Source of the DNA: Paraspadella gotoi
Lineage: Eukaryota; Animalia; Chaetognatha
Assembly (NCBI GenBank): GCA_051294375.1
Contig: CM119266.1
Span: forward strand, 21,341,987 to 21,405,986
DNA length: 64,000 nucleotides
Reading direction: 5' to 3'
Made by a program: the position numbers and the translations under genes. Under the pieces are notes generated by a model. It searched no databases, was not told the DNA's origin, and saw nothing but the letters and a program-made list of their open reading frames with translations. Shown here in pieces: positions 51,294 to 63,934 of this stretch (its first letter is position 1; each line of letters begins with the position of its first letter).

Positions 51294-53880
51294 TTATTCA
51301 ACATCTTTTACACTTCGTCTCCTTCCCAAAATTCGACAACCTTCCATCTTCGTTTCAGCCCGCATTCGCTTCATGTCCTGAAGGCTCTGAGGCAGCGGCT
51401 TTCCCATCGTCTCGGGCATCAGCGTCACCAGGGTCGACATGACGACGCCGAAAACGCCGAGCGTCGCTTCCACCGTTAGGGGCGCTCCCTTCTCGAAGTA
51501 GGAAAGGTAACTGGCGGCGATGGAGGCCATTCTCGCAACCAGCAAAGCGATGAAGTAAGAACGGGCGCGTATCAGAGTGGGGAACGCTTCCTGAGATAGA
51601 TATATATATATAATATATATACATTAAAAATTTGACATTACAAACATCAAACACCCATAATCTAATGGAAAATATGATTTTTTCCAAAATATACGTTTGT
51701 ATCTTTTTTATTCTTTACTCGAAAGTTTTGAATATTGATTAAATATTTAAAGATCGGTTGTACTGCGAAAGGCTTGGTTTACACGAGTTTTAAATTTAGA
51801 TTAAATTACTTGTTAAAACGACGACTTGTTAACTGACTTGTTAAAACTGACCTGTTTCCACATGGCGAACGACTCGAACGTCAAGGATTCGAAGATCCTG
51901 ACGAACAAACTGACCACTATCCTCAACAACGGCGCCGCCGCGTCGACGTCGTCCACCGCCAGGCGCGTACCCGCCAGCGTCAGGTATGAGACGCCGATGG
52001 CGACGAACCCAGCGGCGATCGTTGGGCGCCGGTTGAAGAAGTAGCAGATGGTGATGCCCGCCAGACGAGCGGGGATTCCAATGATTTGAAGGAGCGAAAA
52101 GTTGACGAAGCGATTGCCCGTTAGATTCGAGTAGGAGAAGCTGACCCCGATGTAAACCATGGTGAGGTATGACCAGTAGACGCAGGATACTGAGAGCGGG
52201 AAAAGGACCAGTTTGGATCTTATAAGCCGACTGAAGGAGTTGCTCTCGTTGGAGAGAGTCGCAGGTTTCGCGGCGTCGTCGCAGTTTTCAGAGATGTTTC
52301 TATCCCCGTCAGAATCCTCATTCATTCTTTTGTTATCGATATCATTATTGTTCGTGTCCTCCTTCGATCCTATTCCCACGACGTCTTGCATGAACTCTCC
52401 CTTCCCTAGTTTCTGTCCTCGACTCTCGGCGGCTCGACGCAGAATCTCGTACGCCTGGCTGAAGCGGCCCTTCTTTATGAGCCAAGGGGGCGACTCGGGA
52501 CAAAAGTAGAGGACGACGACGAGGACGAAGCTGAACCCGTACAACAGCAGGCAAAGGGTGCGCCAATCGGGAATAGCGTAGCTGTGGGAGTGAAAGAAAA
52601 AGAAAATGTACTAATTGAAATTAGAGGTTAATCGAGTTTGCCGTCTCGGACAACCAGTATTACAATTTTTTATTCATTTTATAAACAAGCGCTCTTGCCC
52701 CGACTTTGTATACGTACGACCGGCACGGAGAAAGAGGAGAGAGGAAGGGTTTAGAGAGAGAGACCCTAGGTAAGTCGCCTCACAATAGTCGTTTAAGGCC
52801 TCCAATACTTTTACAAGATAATATATTAGCAGGACCCAGCAAGTTTTTAAACAAGACGCAATTGTATAAAAAGACCACTCCCGTATAGATCGGGTATTAA
52901 TATTTAATTTAGATCGACGATAAAACCTAACGATTTAAACATTCATTGTTAAAATCTTTTTGAACTTACGCAATCCATGGAAGCACTGCTCCGCTGGCTG
53001 ACCAAGACATGTTGCACATCAATCCAAGCACTCGGTGACGGGAGGAAAACAATTCGTATCGATAAGAGTTCAACGCTATCAACCCAACGTAGGACACTCC
53101 GAGAAAGTATCTGTAAAAAAGCATTTGTGAAGCAAACCAGCTCACTCGATTTCTAGAATATGCCTTGGATATATGATTTCGTCGTTTCCTCATAGCAAAT
53201 GCTTTTATTTAATTGAAAATAAAATGGTTTTCCAAACACTTCCATTTTTCAAAAAATATAACTGAAGCAAACAAAAATGTTTTAATTAATATAATAATTA
53301 ATAATTATTCTACTTCATTTCGACCCCCCACCAATCCCCCGCCCTATACCCTTCATCACCTGACGGCGACATAGAAATAAAAATCGTGAATCCACGCCAC
53401 CTGCAGCCCGGCCAATCCGGCCAACAGCGCCGCCGTCATGGCGACCCGTCGCCTCCCCAAAGTGTCGCTGAGATATCCGCAGAAGAGACAGCCGGTGAGG
53501 TTGCCGATAAAAAATATGCTGTTGGTCAAATTAGCGAGATGCTCGCGATCACAAATCAACTCCCACTCGGCGACCAGAGAGTGAGATTTGGGCGTTTCGA
53601 AGGTCCAGTTGCCGGCTTCGCATCCGCGGGAGCACACCTGCTTTGGCGTGAGGGATTCGAGAACGCGGGTGACGTTGAAGTTACCCTCGGCGCCGAGGAT
53701 GTCGTCATAGAGGCGCTCATCGTCGCACCAAAATGGAGGCGCGAGAGTGGCGAGGGAATTGCCGAAGAAAAGAAAGCAAGAAGCCATCCCTTCCACCAGC
53801 AAGGCGCAGAAGATGCCCAAGGGGAACCAACCGCAGAGGCCGAGGCGTAGGTACAGATCGTCCAGCTCGAGAGCGCCCAT
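51294..53880 (-). CDS. SLC22-family (organic cation/carnitine-type) MFS transporter, paralog B; complement(join(51294..51590,51852..52581,52970..53110,53360..53880)), ~562 aa
   Basis: SLVAEWELICDR, GYLSDTLGRRR (MFS motif A), PESPPWLIKKGR, EAFPTLIRAR, LMPETMGKPLP. The GT-AG exons are phase-compatible. Confidence 0.93.
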
Positions 53881-54481
53881 GATGATCGATGGACGATGGA
53901 GAAAATGACGAAACGATTGTCAATTTTCTCTTTCTTTTTCGTCGGTTTCTATCTTTGAGAAATGAATCGAGGGCAAAATGAATATCTGTATTTTATTCGG
54001 ACCGGTTTTTATTTCTTCATTACGTAAGGAACAACGGGAGAGAAAGTTTGCTAAACAAAATATTAACTAAAAGTAAAGCACATACTGAGCTCTCAATACC
54101 GGAAAATCTGGATCCTGGGCTGACTTTTTCACTTGATAGGATTTCATACATGAAATAAAAAGCTAAAAGCTGTGAAGATTTATGATGATTTTAAAAGCTA
54201 ATATACCTACCTAAACTTTTTTTCCCTTTTTTTAAATTTAGCAATTTACATAAAAAAAATTTCAATACAGACTTCATTTATTTAAAATAAGTCCCATTGC
54301 GAAGAGAACGAAGAATAATTTTTATTTTAAAAGCTCATTTTCCGAAAAATTTTACATTTAATAATTAATTTATTATTATACAAGCATCAGTATATTTGAC
54401 GTTCTCTCTGAATGCTTTCCGATCTAATTGGTTAATCACGTAGCCGGATCGACCGTGGATGTAAAGGTCAGAAGATCCTTT

Positions 54482-57032
54482 CTAGTTCGAGTACTCATCA
54501 CTCCTCCTCCTCCTCCTCCCCCAAAACCCGTCCCTCTTCGTCTCTACGCTCATCCTCTCCACATCCGCCAGACTCTGCGGAAGCGGTTTCCCCAACGTCT
54601 CCGTCATCGCTGCCGTCAAAATCGCCAAGACGACGCCGATCGCACCGAGAGTCGCTTCCACGGCCAATGGCGCTTTGCGTTGAAAGTAGGAAAGGTAGCT
54701 GCAGCCGATGATCACGACGCGGCAGAGCAGCATCGAGACGATAATGCAGCGGCCGCGGTTCAAAGTCGAAAAAGTTTCCTGAGATAAAATTTTTGTTATC
54801 GTCAAATGTTGTTTTTTTTAACTGAATGTTGATGAGTTATTCAGTCAATCAAACCAAGCAATCTATAAATTTAAATCATACATAATGTTTACTTGCTTCC
54901 ACAATCCGTAGGGCAGCCACGTCAACGACGCCACGGAAGTAATAATCATGCTGAACGCCGTCCTCATCGACGGCGCGGCCGCGTCGATGTCGTCCACCGC
55001 TAACCTCGTCGTCGCCAGAGTCAAAAACGCCGCCCCGATGACTGCGAAGCCGACGCCCATCGAGGGACGCCGGTTAACGAATTGGCAGACAAAGGCGCCG
55101 AGGATTCGCGCCGGGAATTCCATGAGTTGAATGAGGGAAAAGTTGAGGTATCGATCCCCGGGAAGATTCGCGTAGGAAAAGCCGACCAAGATGTAGACAG
55201 CCACCAGGTAGGACCAATAGAGGCTGGAAATGACGAGAGGAACCAGAACCAAGCGGGATCTCAGCTCGACGCAGAACGAATGGCCGGGCGGTGGTGAAGC
55301 CGCTGATGCGGCGCTGTCGCTGTTGCCGTCGTTGGCGCTGCGGCAGTCAGCTTTATCGCTGGATTCTTTGTTAACTGCATCTTGGAAAGCGAAATTCTTT
55401 AATTCCTCTTCCCTTTCCTCGTCATTTCCATCGACCAAACCTTCTCTCTTCTCCGAAAACATCTTGAGGAATTCTTCCCACTCCAACTTCATACCGCGAC
55501 TTTTGGCGGCGCCCTCTAAGATCTTGAAGGCCTCTTGGAGGCGCCCCTTTTGGATTAGCCAAGGCGGAGAGTCCGGGCATATGTATAGCCCGATGAGGGC
55601 GAACAAATTGAATCCGTACATCAAGAGACAAAGGGTGCGCCATTGCGGAATTAGGTAACTGGAGATAGTAAAGTTATTAAAACGGAAGTGTCTCTTTTGT
55701 AAAGCGGATTATTATCGCAAGTGATATTAATTTTAATATTATTTGAATTATTGATTACTGTGAGAGAGAGAGAAAGAGAGAGACTTTTTAGTTTTTAGTC
55801 GGATCTGCTTATCAGCAAGTTGACCAAATTATGTAAGTTAGAAAAATTATATCAGTTGACCAAATTATACCAGTTGACAAAATTATGCCAGTTGACCATA
55901 TTATGCCAGTTGACCATATTAGGCCAGTTGACCAAATTATGCCTATTGACCTAATTATGTCAGCTGACCAAATTATGTCAGTTGACCAATTTATGCCAGT
56001 TGACCAAATAATGCAAGTTGACCAAATTATGCAATTTGATCAAATTATGCAAGTTGACTAAATTATGCAAATTGACCAAATTATTAAAAATTACAAAATT
56101 ATGCAAGTTGACCAAATTATGCAAGTTGGTATTGGCGCAGCTACTGATAGATCAATTGATTTATAGATTTTTTCATAGATTTATTAAAAAGTCTGTTATG
56201 ATTTGTTATGTTATGATTTGTTATGATCTGTTCGCAAGGATTAGCTTATTACCGCTTAATTATGGCAGGCAGATCCAACATTGTTTGCTCAAACTTGTTA
56301 CTGTCTTAAAGTGAAAGGATAAAAACGGGCATTCCGCAACTTACGAAAACCATGGTAACAGCACGGCGGCGACGGTCCATCCAAAGTCGAAAATGGAGGG
56401 AATCGCCCGATGACGCGACGAAAATAATTCGTAGCGATAAGTATTCATTATCAACAACGCAGCATATCCGATGCCCAGAAAGAATCTGATCAGGGTTATC
56501 GCTTTAGTTTAATCTCGAATGATATCTTCGTCCCTTTTTTTTACCTAATGACTACGTAGTAGTAAAATTGATCGATCCAAGCCACCTGCAGCCCTATCAC
56601 CAGTGCTAACAACGCCCCCGCCATGCCGCCCCGTCTCCGACCGAAGGTGTCGCTCAAGTAGCCGCAGAGAAGGGCGCCGGTCAGGTTGCCGACGTAAAAT
56701 GCCGTCTCGATCAAGTTGACGAGACTCTCGCGGTCGCAGATCAACTCCCACTCGGCGACCATCGAATGCGATCTCGGCACCTCGAAGGTCCAGTTGCCCG
56801 CGGCGCAGCCGAGACGGCACACTTGGTTAGGCGAGAGGGCGTCATCGGCCCGGGAGGCGTTGGGCCGACCGTCCTCGCACCAGAACCTCGGAGTGTAGGC
56901 GGTCATGGTGTTGCCGAGAAAAAGCAAAGAGGAGGCGGAGAGTTCGACCATCTCCAAGAAGTAGACTCCAAGAGGAAACCAGCCACACACGCCCAGCCGT
57001 AAGAGGAGTAGATCCAGTTCGGCGGCGCTCAT
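54482..57032 (-). CDS. SLC22-family MFS transporter, paralog A; complement(join(54482..54778,54893..55658,56345..56485,56545..57032)), ~563 aa
   Basis: SMVAEWELICDR, GYLSDTFGRRR, PDSPPWLIQKGR, ETFSTLNRGR, MTETLGKPLP. Same four-exon structure as paralog B. Confidence 0.93.
55816..56127. repeat. 20-bp minisatellite (CAGTTGACCAAATTATGC-like) in intron 2 of SLC22 paralog A
   Basis: About 15 imperfect tandem copies. The KLTKLC ORF is a by-product. Confidence 0.9.
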
Positions 57033-57930
57033 GGCGATGACGGAAAGATGGAATGAAGAAGAAAAAATGGCGCCGCGATTGTTTAAGAATTATTATATAT
57101 TTAAATCATTCGTCTATTGATTTAAATTTGCGCGTCACACAATAGGGGTCTGGATGTTAATTATTTCATAAGTTGTTTTGTATCTTTATTTTTTTTTAAA
57201 AATAGGAATAAGGTTTACGTACTCAATTTATGTAGTATGTAGTATTTATGAGTTTTCTGGCAAAAACTAGAGAAAATAAAATATAAAATTCTTATAGTTA
57301 AACCTGATATTTTGTCATTTGACCTTAATTAATTTTTAAAAGATAATAAATTTCGTGCTGTTTATTAAAATAAATTTAAAAATTAAAAATGAACTAGTAG
57401 CGGTCTTTTAAAGTAAATTTTTGTTACTAACTAAAAAATATTTCCTTAAGTGATACTCTTTTGACATTGAACTTATAATCTTGCCAAGTATATCGTTCTG
57501 ACTTGATCCCTGCACTTTCGCATTTTTTACTTCTAATTCTTAAATCACTTTTTTAAAACTTTTATTGCTTTCAATTTATCAACTACTATTTTTTTTAAAT
57601 ATATATATTAATCATGCATTTGAAACAACATTTTATAGAGCAGGGAAGCTTGCACTCGCAAAAAAAAACCAGACATCGAATGTAACTTTCCCCGTCAGTA
57701 CTGAAACTGCTTATAAGAAAATGAAAGAAACTCATCGAAATTGTACGTATATATTTCTATTTGTTTTTTTCGTTTCAAGGAAGAATAAAAACGAAAGGCA
57801 CTGTTCTTTTGTTTGGGAGGATCTAGGGGAGATTTTCTTAGATGAAACCGCGCATTTCTAATTCCGCTAGAGAGAGCTTCATCGTGAAGACAGGAGATTT
57901 CTTCAAAATCCTCCGTGATTCTTTTCGTCT

Positions 57931-58126
57931 TCACTTTCTGAGGCTGGTGAGTTTCCTCATCGGCGGTGGCGCCACCTTCGCCGAGGTTTTCATTCCGGAT
58001 GGATTCCAAACGCGAGGTGGCGCTGAAAGAAAATGTCAAGTTGAGTTATTTAGTCTATTTCAGATGTATTTGTGGTTATTGGATGATGGATATAACATAA
58101 ATTTGGGAATTAATAGTTGTGACATA

Positions 58127-58214
<88 letters not shown>

Positions 58215-61200
58215 TCACATTAAAGCCATTACAAGACTTAAACCAAAGCCTCGTCGCCACCGCCATCCAGCCACCGACGGCCTCCGGCTAAAAGAGATAT
58301 TTATTACCATTCGGCCGAAGATAACAAAAGCGGAACAACAACAAGAAAAACCGATAAACATCGAAAGCGGCCAAAGAAAAGAGAGAAAGAGCGGAACGAG
58401 AGCGCGGGCATCGCGGAACGCAATGCGCGCGCATTGAAAGGAAAGCTAGCGCGGTACGCATGCGCGCACGGAGGAATGAAAATGCGCGTGTATGCGGTGA
58501 AAATTCTCTTTTCGGTCGGAGGGAAACTTGACGTAGGACAGAAAATACGCGCACGCAGGAAAGAAAATACGCGGAAGCTAACGCTGCAGAAAATAAATCG
58601 AGAAAGAAAAAAAAAATCTCGGAAACATGACAGGCGCTCGTCTCAGGACGGGAAGCGCTCGTTGGTCGCACATGCTCAGAATGCGTGGGATTTCTTTTTA
58701 CCCAAATCTGTCTCGTATTAGATTTTCATTTATTACCTTTTTTGGGCGCTTTCGTGGGTGAAATGAGTTAAAGGCAAAGGCAAAGGAGAAAAGGGGGAAA
58801 TAAAGTTAGTCTGGCTGTTTGATGAGTAAGCAATTAGGGAATAACGTTGTTAGCTTTACAAAGTTCTAATCGAAATAATGATTATAACGGGTAAAAAATC
58901 AAAACAAACTAGATTGATTAGTCTACGGAACGGTGAGCTTTGGAAAACGGAAATTTTGTCATAAAAAAAAGGGGGGGAAGTCCAAATAAAAGTTTGTACC
59001 TGTTCATCTTCTTAATTTTTCAAACACCTGAACATCGAATTTAGTGAGAGCAACCGACTTGGCAAAATGTGATTTAACTCATCATTAAATTCAGTCGAAA
59101 TGGTAAGGATATAGGACGATGACCGGCTTACGCCTTACCTTTTTCCGCCTTCTTCTTCCTCGCCTCCCTCGCCTTAAGATCCGCCTCTTCGTACAATTCC
59201 TTGTACTGCGACCAGAAGATCAGTTTGGTTGTCTGCGTCGTCGGTTCGTAGACCGCAGCGTAGTCTTGACGCCAAGTGCACTTGTTAGCCTTTATGAAAA
59301 ATAAATAATGGAGTCGGTGTTAGTTGTCGGTTAAAACGCTCATGGGTGCTATCTAATACTACAATATGTGTTATCGTAGGCATTTCAGGTCGCGGAGTTT
59401 TGGGATTTCGATAAATTCGCCACACGCTATTTCTAAACTAAATAAAATCAATCTTAAAGCAAACAATAATTAAAATCTTTCGTTAATTTTTTTAAAAGTT
59501 TATCTTTTAAAGTAACTAAAAACTCCATCTCTGACCTCAACGAAACTAGACCACAGGGTCAGCTTCGCCGACTGAGTTTCCGAATCGTAAACGACTGTTT
59601 GCTCTGGAATCCTCTTTCTATTTTTAGTAACGTTTCCCATCCCCAACTTTTTCCCTTCGACACGAAAATTTCGATCGAAAATCGAATCTTCGTACGTCTT
59701 CCAAAAGACGAGCCGTACGGACTGGGTGTCCGGTTCGTACAGCGCTGCGTAGGCTTGAGTCCACGTTGGCTTATTAGTCTGGCGCGAGGCGATGGGGCGT
59801 GTTAGTTGAAACGGAGAGCGTACGTACAAAGTGCAAGTATTAATTTTGTTAATAAGGAAAAGGGAAACACTCGTTTGTTAGTAAAGATCGCAAAAAAATA
59901 TAGTAACATAGTGATACGTAGGTAAGTAATTTACAGCGACGACTTTAAATAGATGTAATTTAAAACTTAACACGAAAAAATATGATTTTCAATTTGATTT
60001 GAATTGCAGTCTCTGCGTGGGCGAGTCTTTTGTTGGTCTATCTAACTGTCTGTCTGACTTTCTTAACTCTTTATCTTCCTCTCTCTTTCTCTCTGTCTCG
60101 CAAAAGTTAAAAAATAACAAAAGTCATCGCCTTAAACAGAAATCATGCGACCCCTTTGGACCAAGATTTTGACAACCCACTATCCTAATTTACCTTGACG
60201 TATTGTTCCCACAGTTTCAGTTGCACCGATTTTGAAGCTTCGTCGTACACTGCAGTGTATTCAGGGATTCTCGGCTTCGGCTTCGGCTTCGGCTTTGGCG
60301 CAGCACCAGTCGCCGGTACTTTCGACGCAGCGACGGGTTTCACCCTGTGATGCTCTAGATAGTCCCTCCAGGTGACCAGCTTGCAAGATTGCGTGGCGGC
60401 GTCGTAGACCGTGGTAAAGTGTCCGACCGGAGGGGGCTTGTTCGTCTCGAGGTATTTGGACCACGTGACCAACTTGGCTTCTCGCGTCGCCGGATCGTAG
60501 ACGACCGTGTATTCCGGCGTCGGCTCGGATTTTTTCGGGGCTGCGGGCTTGGATTCCTCGGCCGCTTGGGGCTTAGACTCTGCCGGTTTAGCCGGTTCCG
60601 CCTCCGGTTTAGCCGCCGGCTGAGACTTGGGCTTTCGCGCGGCGAGGTCGTCGCCGAGATGATCGGCCTCGTAGTCTTTCCAAAAGACGAGCTTGACCGA
60701 TTGAGAAGGCTTGACGTAGACGACCGCGTAGTCCTGCTTCCAGGTGGTCGGATTCTGACCCACGTATTCCTCCCAAGGCTGCAGCTGGACCGATTTGGTC
60801 GCGGGGTCGTAGACGCAGGCATATTCCGGAAGCCTCGCGCGTGGAGAGGAGGCTTTGGCGGGCGGAGGGGCGGAGGCTTGGCAAGGTGCGGCTGCCGGGG
60901 AGACTGGCGCCTCGGATGGCGCCACGGGGGCCGCCGGGGCAGCTTCTTTGACCGGCGCCGGCGCCGCACTGGCTGTTGGTTTTGCGGTCTGGTGAAGGGG
61001 AAAAAAAAACGAACGAAACTGACTGACAGACAGACTAAAAAAAATTGTTCTAAAGAAAAGCGACGACGCATCGATAACCTAAGACTCGGGAGGTCTTCCG
61101 CGAGTCCCCATCGTAATTCCAAAGATTTATCCTTTCGCGTCGATTTTCCGTTACGTCGCGCCTCGACGAATTTAATCGAAAAAAATTCGCTCACCGCCGC

Positions 61201-61714
61201 GCCGCCGGAAGATTTCCCGCCGCGAGCCGCCACATCCGCCGCCGAGTAAGTCTCCAGATATTGCTTCCAGAAGATAAGGCGAACGCCCTGCGACGATGGA
61301 TCGTAGACGACCGTGTAGTCTTGTTTGGGGGCCTGAAGGGGAGGCAGAGAGAGGGGGGAGGGGGGGAAAGGGAGAGAGAGGGGGGAGTGGGAGAGAGAGA
61401 GAGAAATATAGTACTATCACCTTTCCAAGTCACGTTTCCTCCCTAATTTTCTTGAAGTGTAACATAAGAGTGATGGAGGCCTTAAACCACCAAAGCCTGT
61501 CCAAAGTCAGGGGCAAGATAGCTTATTTATTAAATGAATGGATAATTTTTATATTGGTTGTACCAATTTCATAAAATTTAACAATTTCAAACTTTTCCGA
61601 CATCTGGCGACTGGAACCAACCTTGTGCGTTCGCCAGTAGGCGTCGAGCAGCATGAGGGCCACGCCCTGACTCTCCGCGTCGTAAACCGCGGTCTGCGCT
61701 GGAAGGCCGGCCAT
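57931..61714 (-). CDS. Uncharacterised protein with five paired-repeat domains (10 x Y-x-x-VY[DE]-x4-S-x-[KRQ]-L-x2-W-x2-Y) and P/A/K/E linkers; complement(join(57931..58022,59139..59289,59536..59778,60194..60988,61195..61332,61622..61714)), ~503 aa
   Basis: The motif recurs in five separate exons that splice in frame at GT-AG sites. The terminal exon (APPRVWNPSGMKTSAKVAPPPMRKLTSLRK*) is less certain. Confidence 0.8.
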
Positions 61715-62770
61715 CTTTATTTCCTGCCGGTTCGAAAAAGGAAAAGAAAACTAAACCGTTATATCCCTCAGGGTCAAGAGACGAAAGAAGCGAAAGTAAA
61801 AAAAAATCCGCTTTCATTCTGGAGGAAAAAAAAAAGACTAACAAAACAAATAAAGTATTTATGAGAGTTTTGGTTTACGAGATTTTCTTTTTTTATTACA
61901 ATTTTAATAATTTAACTTTTTTAATTAAATTGTAATCCAAAGATTTATAGTTTAAAAATATAAAATTAATAATGAAAACAAAGGAATGCATCGAAGACGT
62001 TTTCGTCGAAAATCTAGGGAATCGAAATTCGATTTTCGTTCAGGGATAGATATTTCCAGAGGATAAATATTTCATCGAGGAGATTAGTTTCGGAATTAAT
62101 GTGAAAAAGATTTCCAACGAGATTTGAATTCGTGAGCGGCGGCTGAGGTTCGCACTCCCGTTAACTTTGTCGGAAAATAATAAGGAATTTGGACGGTGTT
62201 TCTCTTTTCACGTCATAACATCGTCATTAATTTAAATTCATGATGAGTTAGAGAAAGTGATTCTTCTTTGCACCACTCATTCGTATGTTTTCGTCTCCAC
62301 CTCCCCCCCCCAAAAAAAAGAAAAAAAATTGGGTCATCCAGACTGGGACGTGAATAAACGAGGCGAAAATATTTCATTTCTTATTGAAACGAAAGACGAA
62401 TTCGACCCGTTTATCCAATCGCGAAAGTGACAGGAGGAAAAAAAAACCCATTCGTGAGCTGATGCGGTTTTGATGGATGAGATCGAAGAAGGTTTTTTTT
62501 ATTTGTTTTTTCGTCTTTGTTTCGCCAGGAAAAAAAATCGTTCATGTAAAATAGAAATAAAAAAAATAATCTCCCTTCCTTATCTTCGACTTCACAACCA
62601 TCTCACCAAACCCCCCCTCGGGCAGAAACAACAACGACAACCAAAAAAAAACAACGCCAACCACACCGACAACGAAAACAACTAGAACCGAAATCTCCCC
62701 CCCCCTTCACCCCTCTCAATTCCCCCAACTTATCCCCCCCCCCCAGAAACCGAGAACCCCCTTCGCCCAC

Positions 62771-63050
62771 CTGTTCGTCGATCCTCCGAGTCTGTTCCTC
62801 AGCTTCGTCGTCTTCGTCGTCGTCGTCGTCGTCGATCTCGTCGTCGCCGACGTCGTCCGTCTCCAGGTGAACCTCGATGGCGTCGATGCAGCGGCGAAGG
62901 CTCTCGAGTCGGGCTCTGGCCAGATCGACGGGCGTCTCGACGGAATCGAGGGTCGTCTTCCTCCGCAGCCTCGTCGCGTGAGAGGGTCGGGGATCGGAGA
63001 GCCAATCGGCGAAGTCGGGATCGATCCGGGGATGACGGGGATTGGCGAAG

Positions 63051-63082
<32 letters not shown>

Positions 63083-63934
63083 AGAGGAGACGCGCGGATG
63101 ATGAGGCGGGCGAAGGTGAGAGGGCGGGTGGAAGGAATCGTGGAGGGATGCATCGTTTTGGATGAAGGAGGGTTGGTGGCGATGATGAAGCGGGTCGTCG
63201 ACGGGTGGGCGTGTAAGGAGATGGGGAGAGTCGTGTCGAGGGCTGTCGGCAAGGAGATCGTGGCGACTGGGGTGCGCGGGTCGATCGATGTGGTCGTTGC
63301 TTTGGTTGAGGTGTTGGTTGTGGAGAAAGAGATGGTTGGACCGAGCTCGAGGCGAATAAGAAGAGAAGTTTTGAGTGCGAGGGGAATGAGGGAAGGTGGA
63401 AAAAGAGGAAGGTGGGTCGTTAGAAAAGTATGAAAGATGCGATCCGTTGGAGTGGGGAAGTGAGGAAAAGGGTAAGGACGAAGAAGTTATCGAATTCCGC
63501 GGCGTCGTCGATTCGGTCCTCAAGGGCGAAGGAAGTTTAGTGGACAACGACGCGGAATACGGAGAGAGCGGGTCGGGATGGAAAGGGGCGTAGCTTCGTT
63601 CGAGCGGAGTTTGGGAGTTCGAGTTAAAGAGGGCGCTAGGGTCGGGGTTGTAATGAGAGAAGCCGCGACGAGGTTGTGGGGGAGAGGCTGGAATGTAAGA
63701 CCTTCTTCGCTGTGAAGGGGAAGAAGGAGTCGTGGTCAAGAAGCGGTCGAAGTGGAGAGAGTTGCGGACGGAGTTGTGGTCGAGGTTGTGGTCGGAAGAG
63801 CGATGCCCCGGCAGGTGGGAGGATCGAGAGTTGTGGTGGTCGGAGTTGTGGTCGAAGTTGTGGTCGGAAAAGCGATGCCCCGGTAGGTGGGAGGATCGAG
63901 CGTTGGCGCCGGCCTTGTCTCGATGGGGATTCAT
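62771..63934 (-). CDS. Large S/H/P-rich low-complexity exon with a short coiled-coil-like and acidic end; possibly an upstream exon of the paired-repeat gene
   Basis: Open for 388 codons, with an internal RSSHLPGHR.SDHN.DHNS duplication. Donor CAG|GTGGGC at 62771 (phase 0) is in frame with acceptor CAG|GAAATAAAGATG at 61723. Confidence 0.55.

Noticed and set aside
55816-56127. CRISPR-like array or KLTKLC-repeat protein
   Set aside because: Contiguous 20-bp units with no unique spacers, in a eukaryotic intron.
60355-61249. Overlapping 292-aa (-) and 286-aa (+) ORFs
   Set aside because: Shadow frames of the GC-rich exon of the paired-repeat gene.
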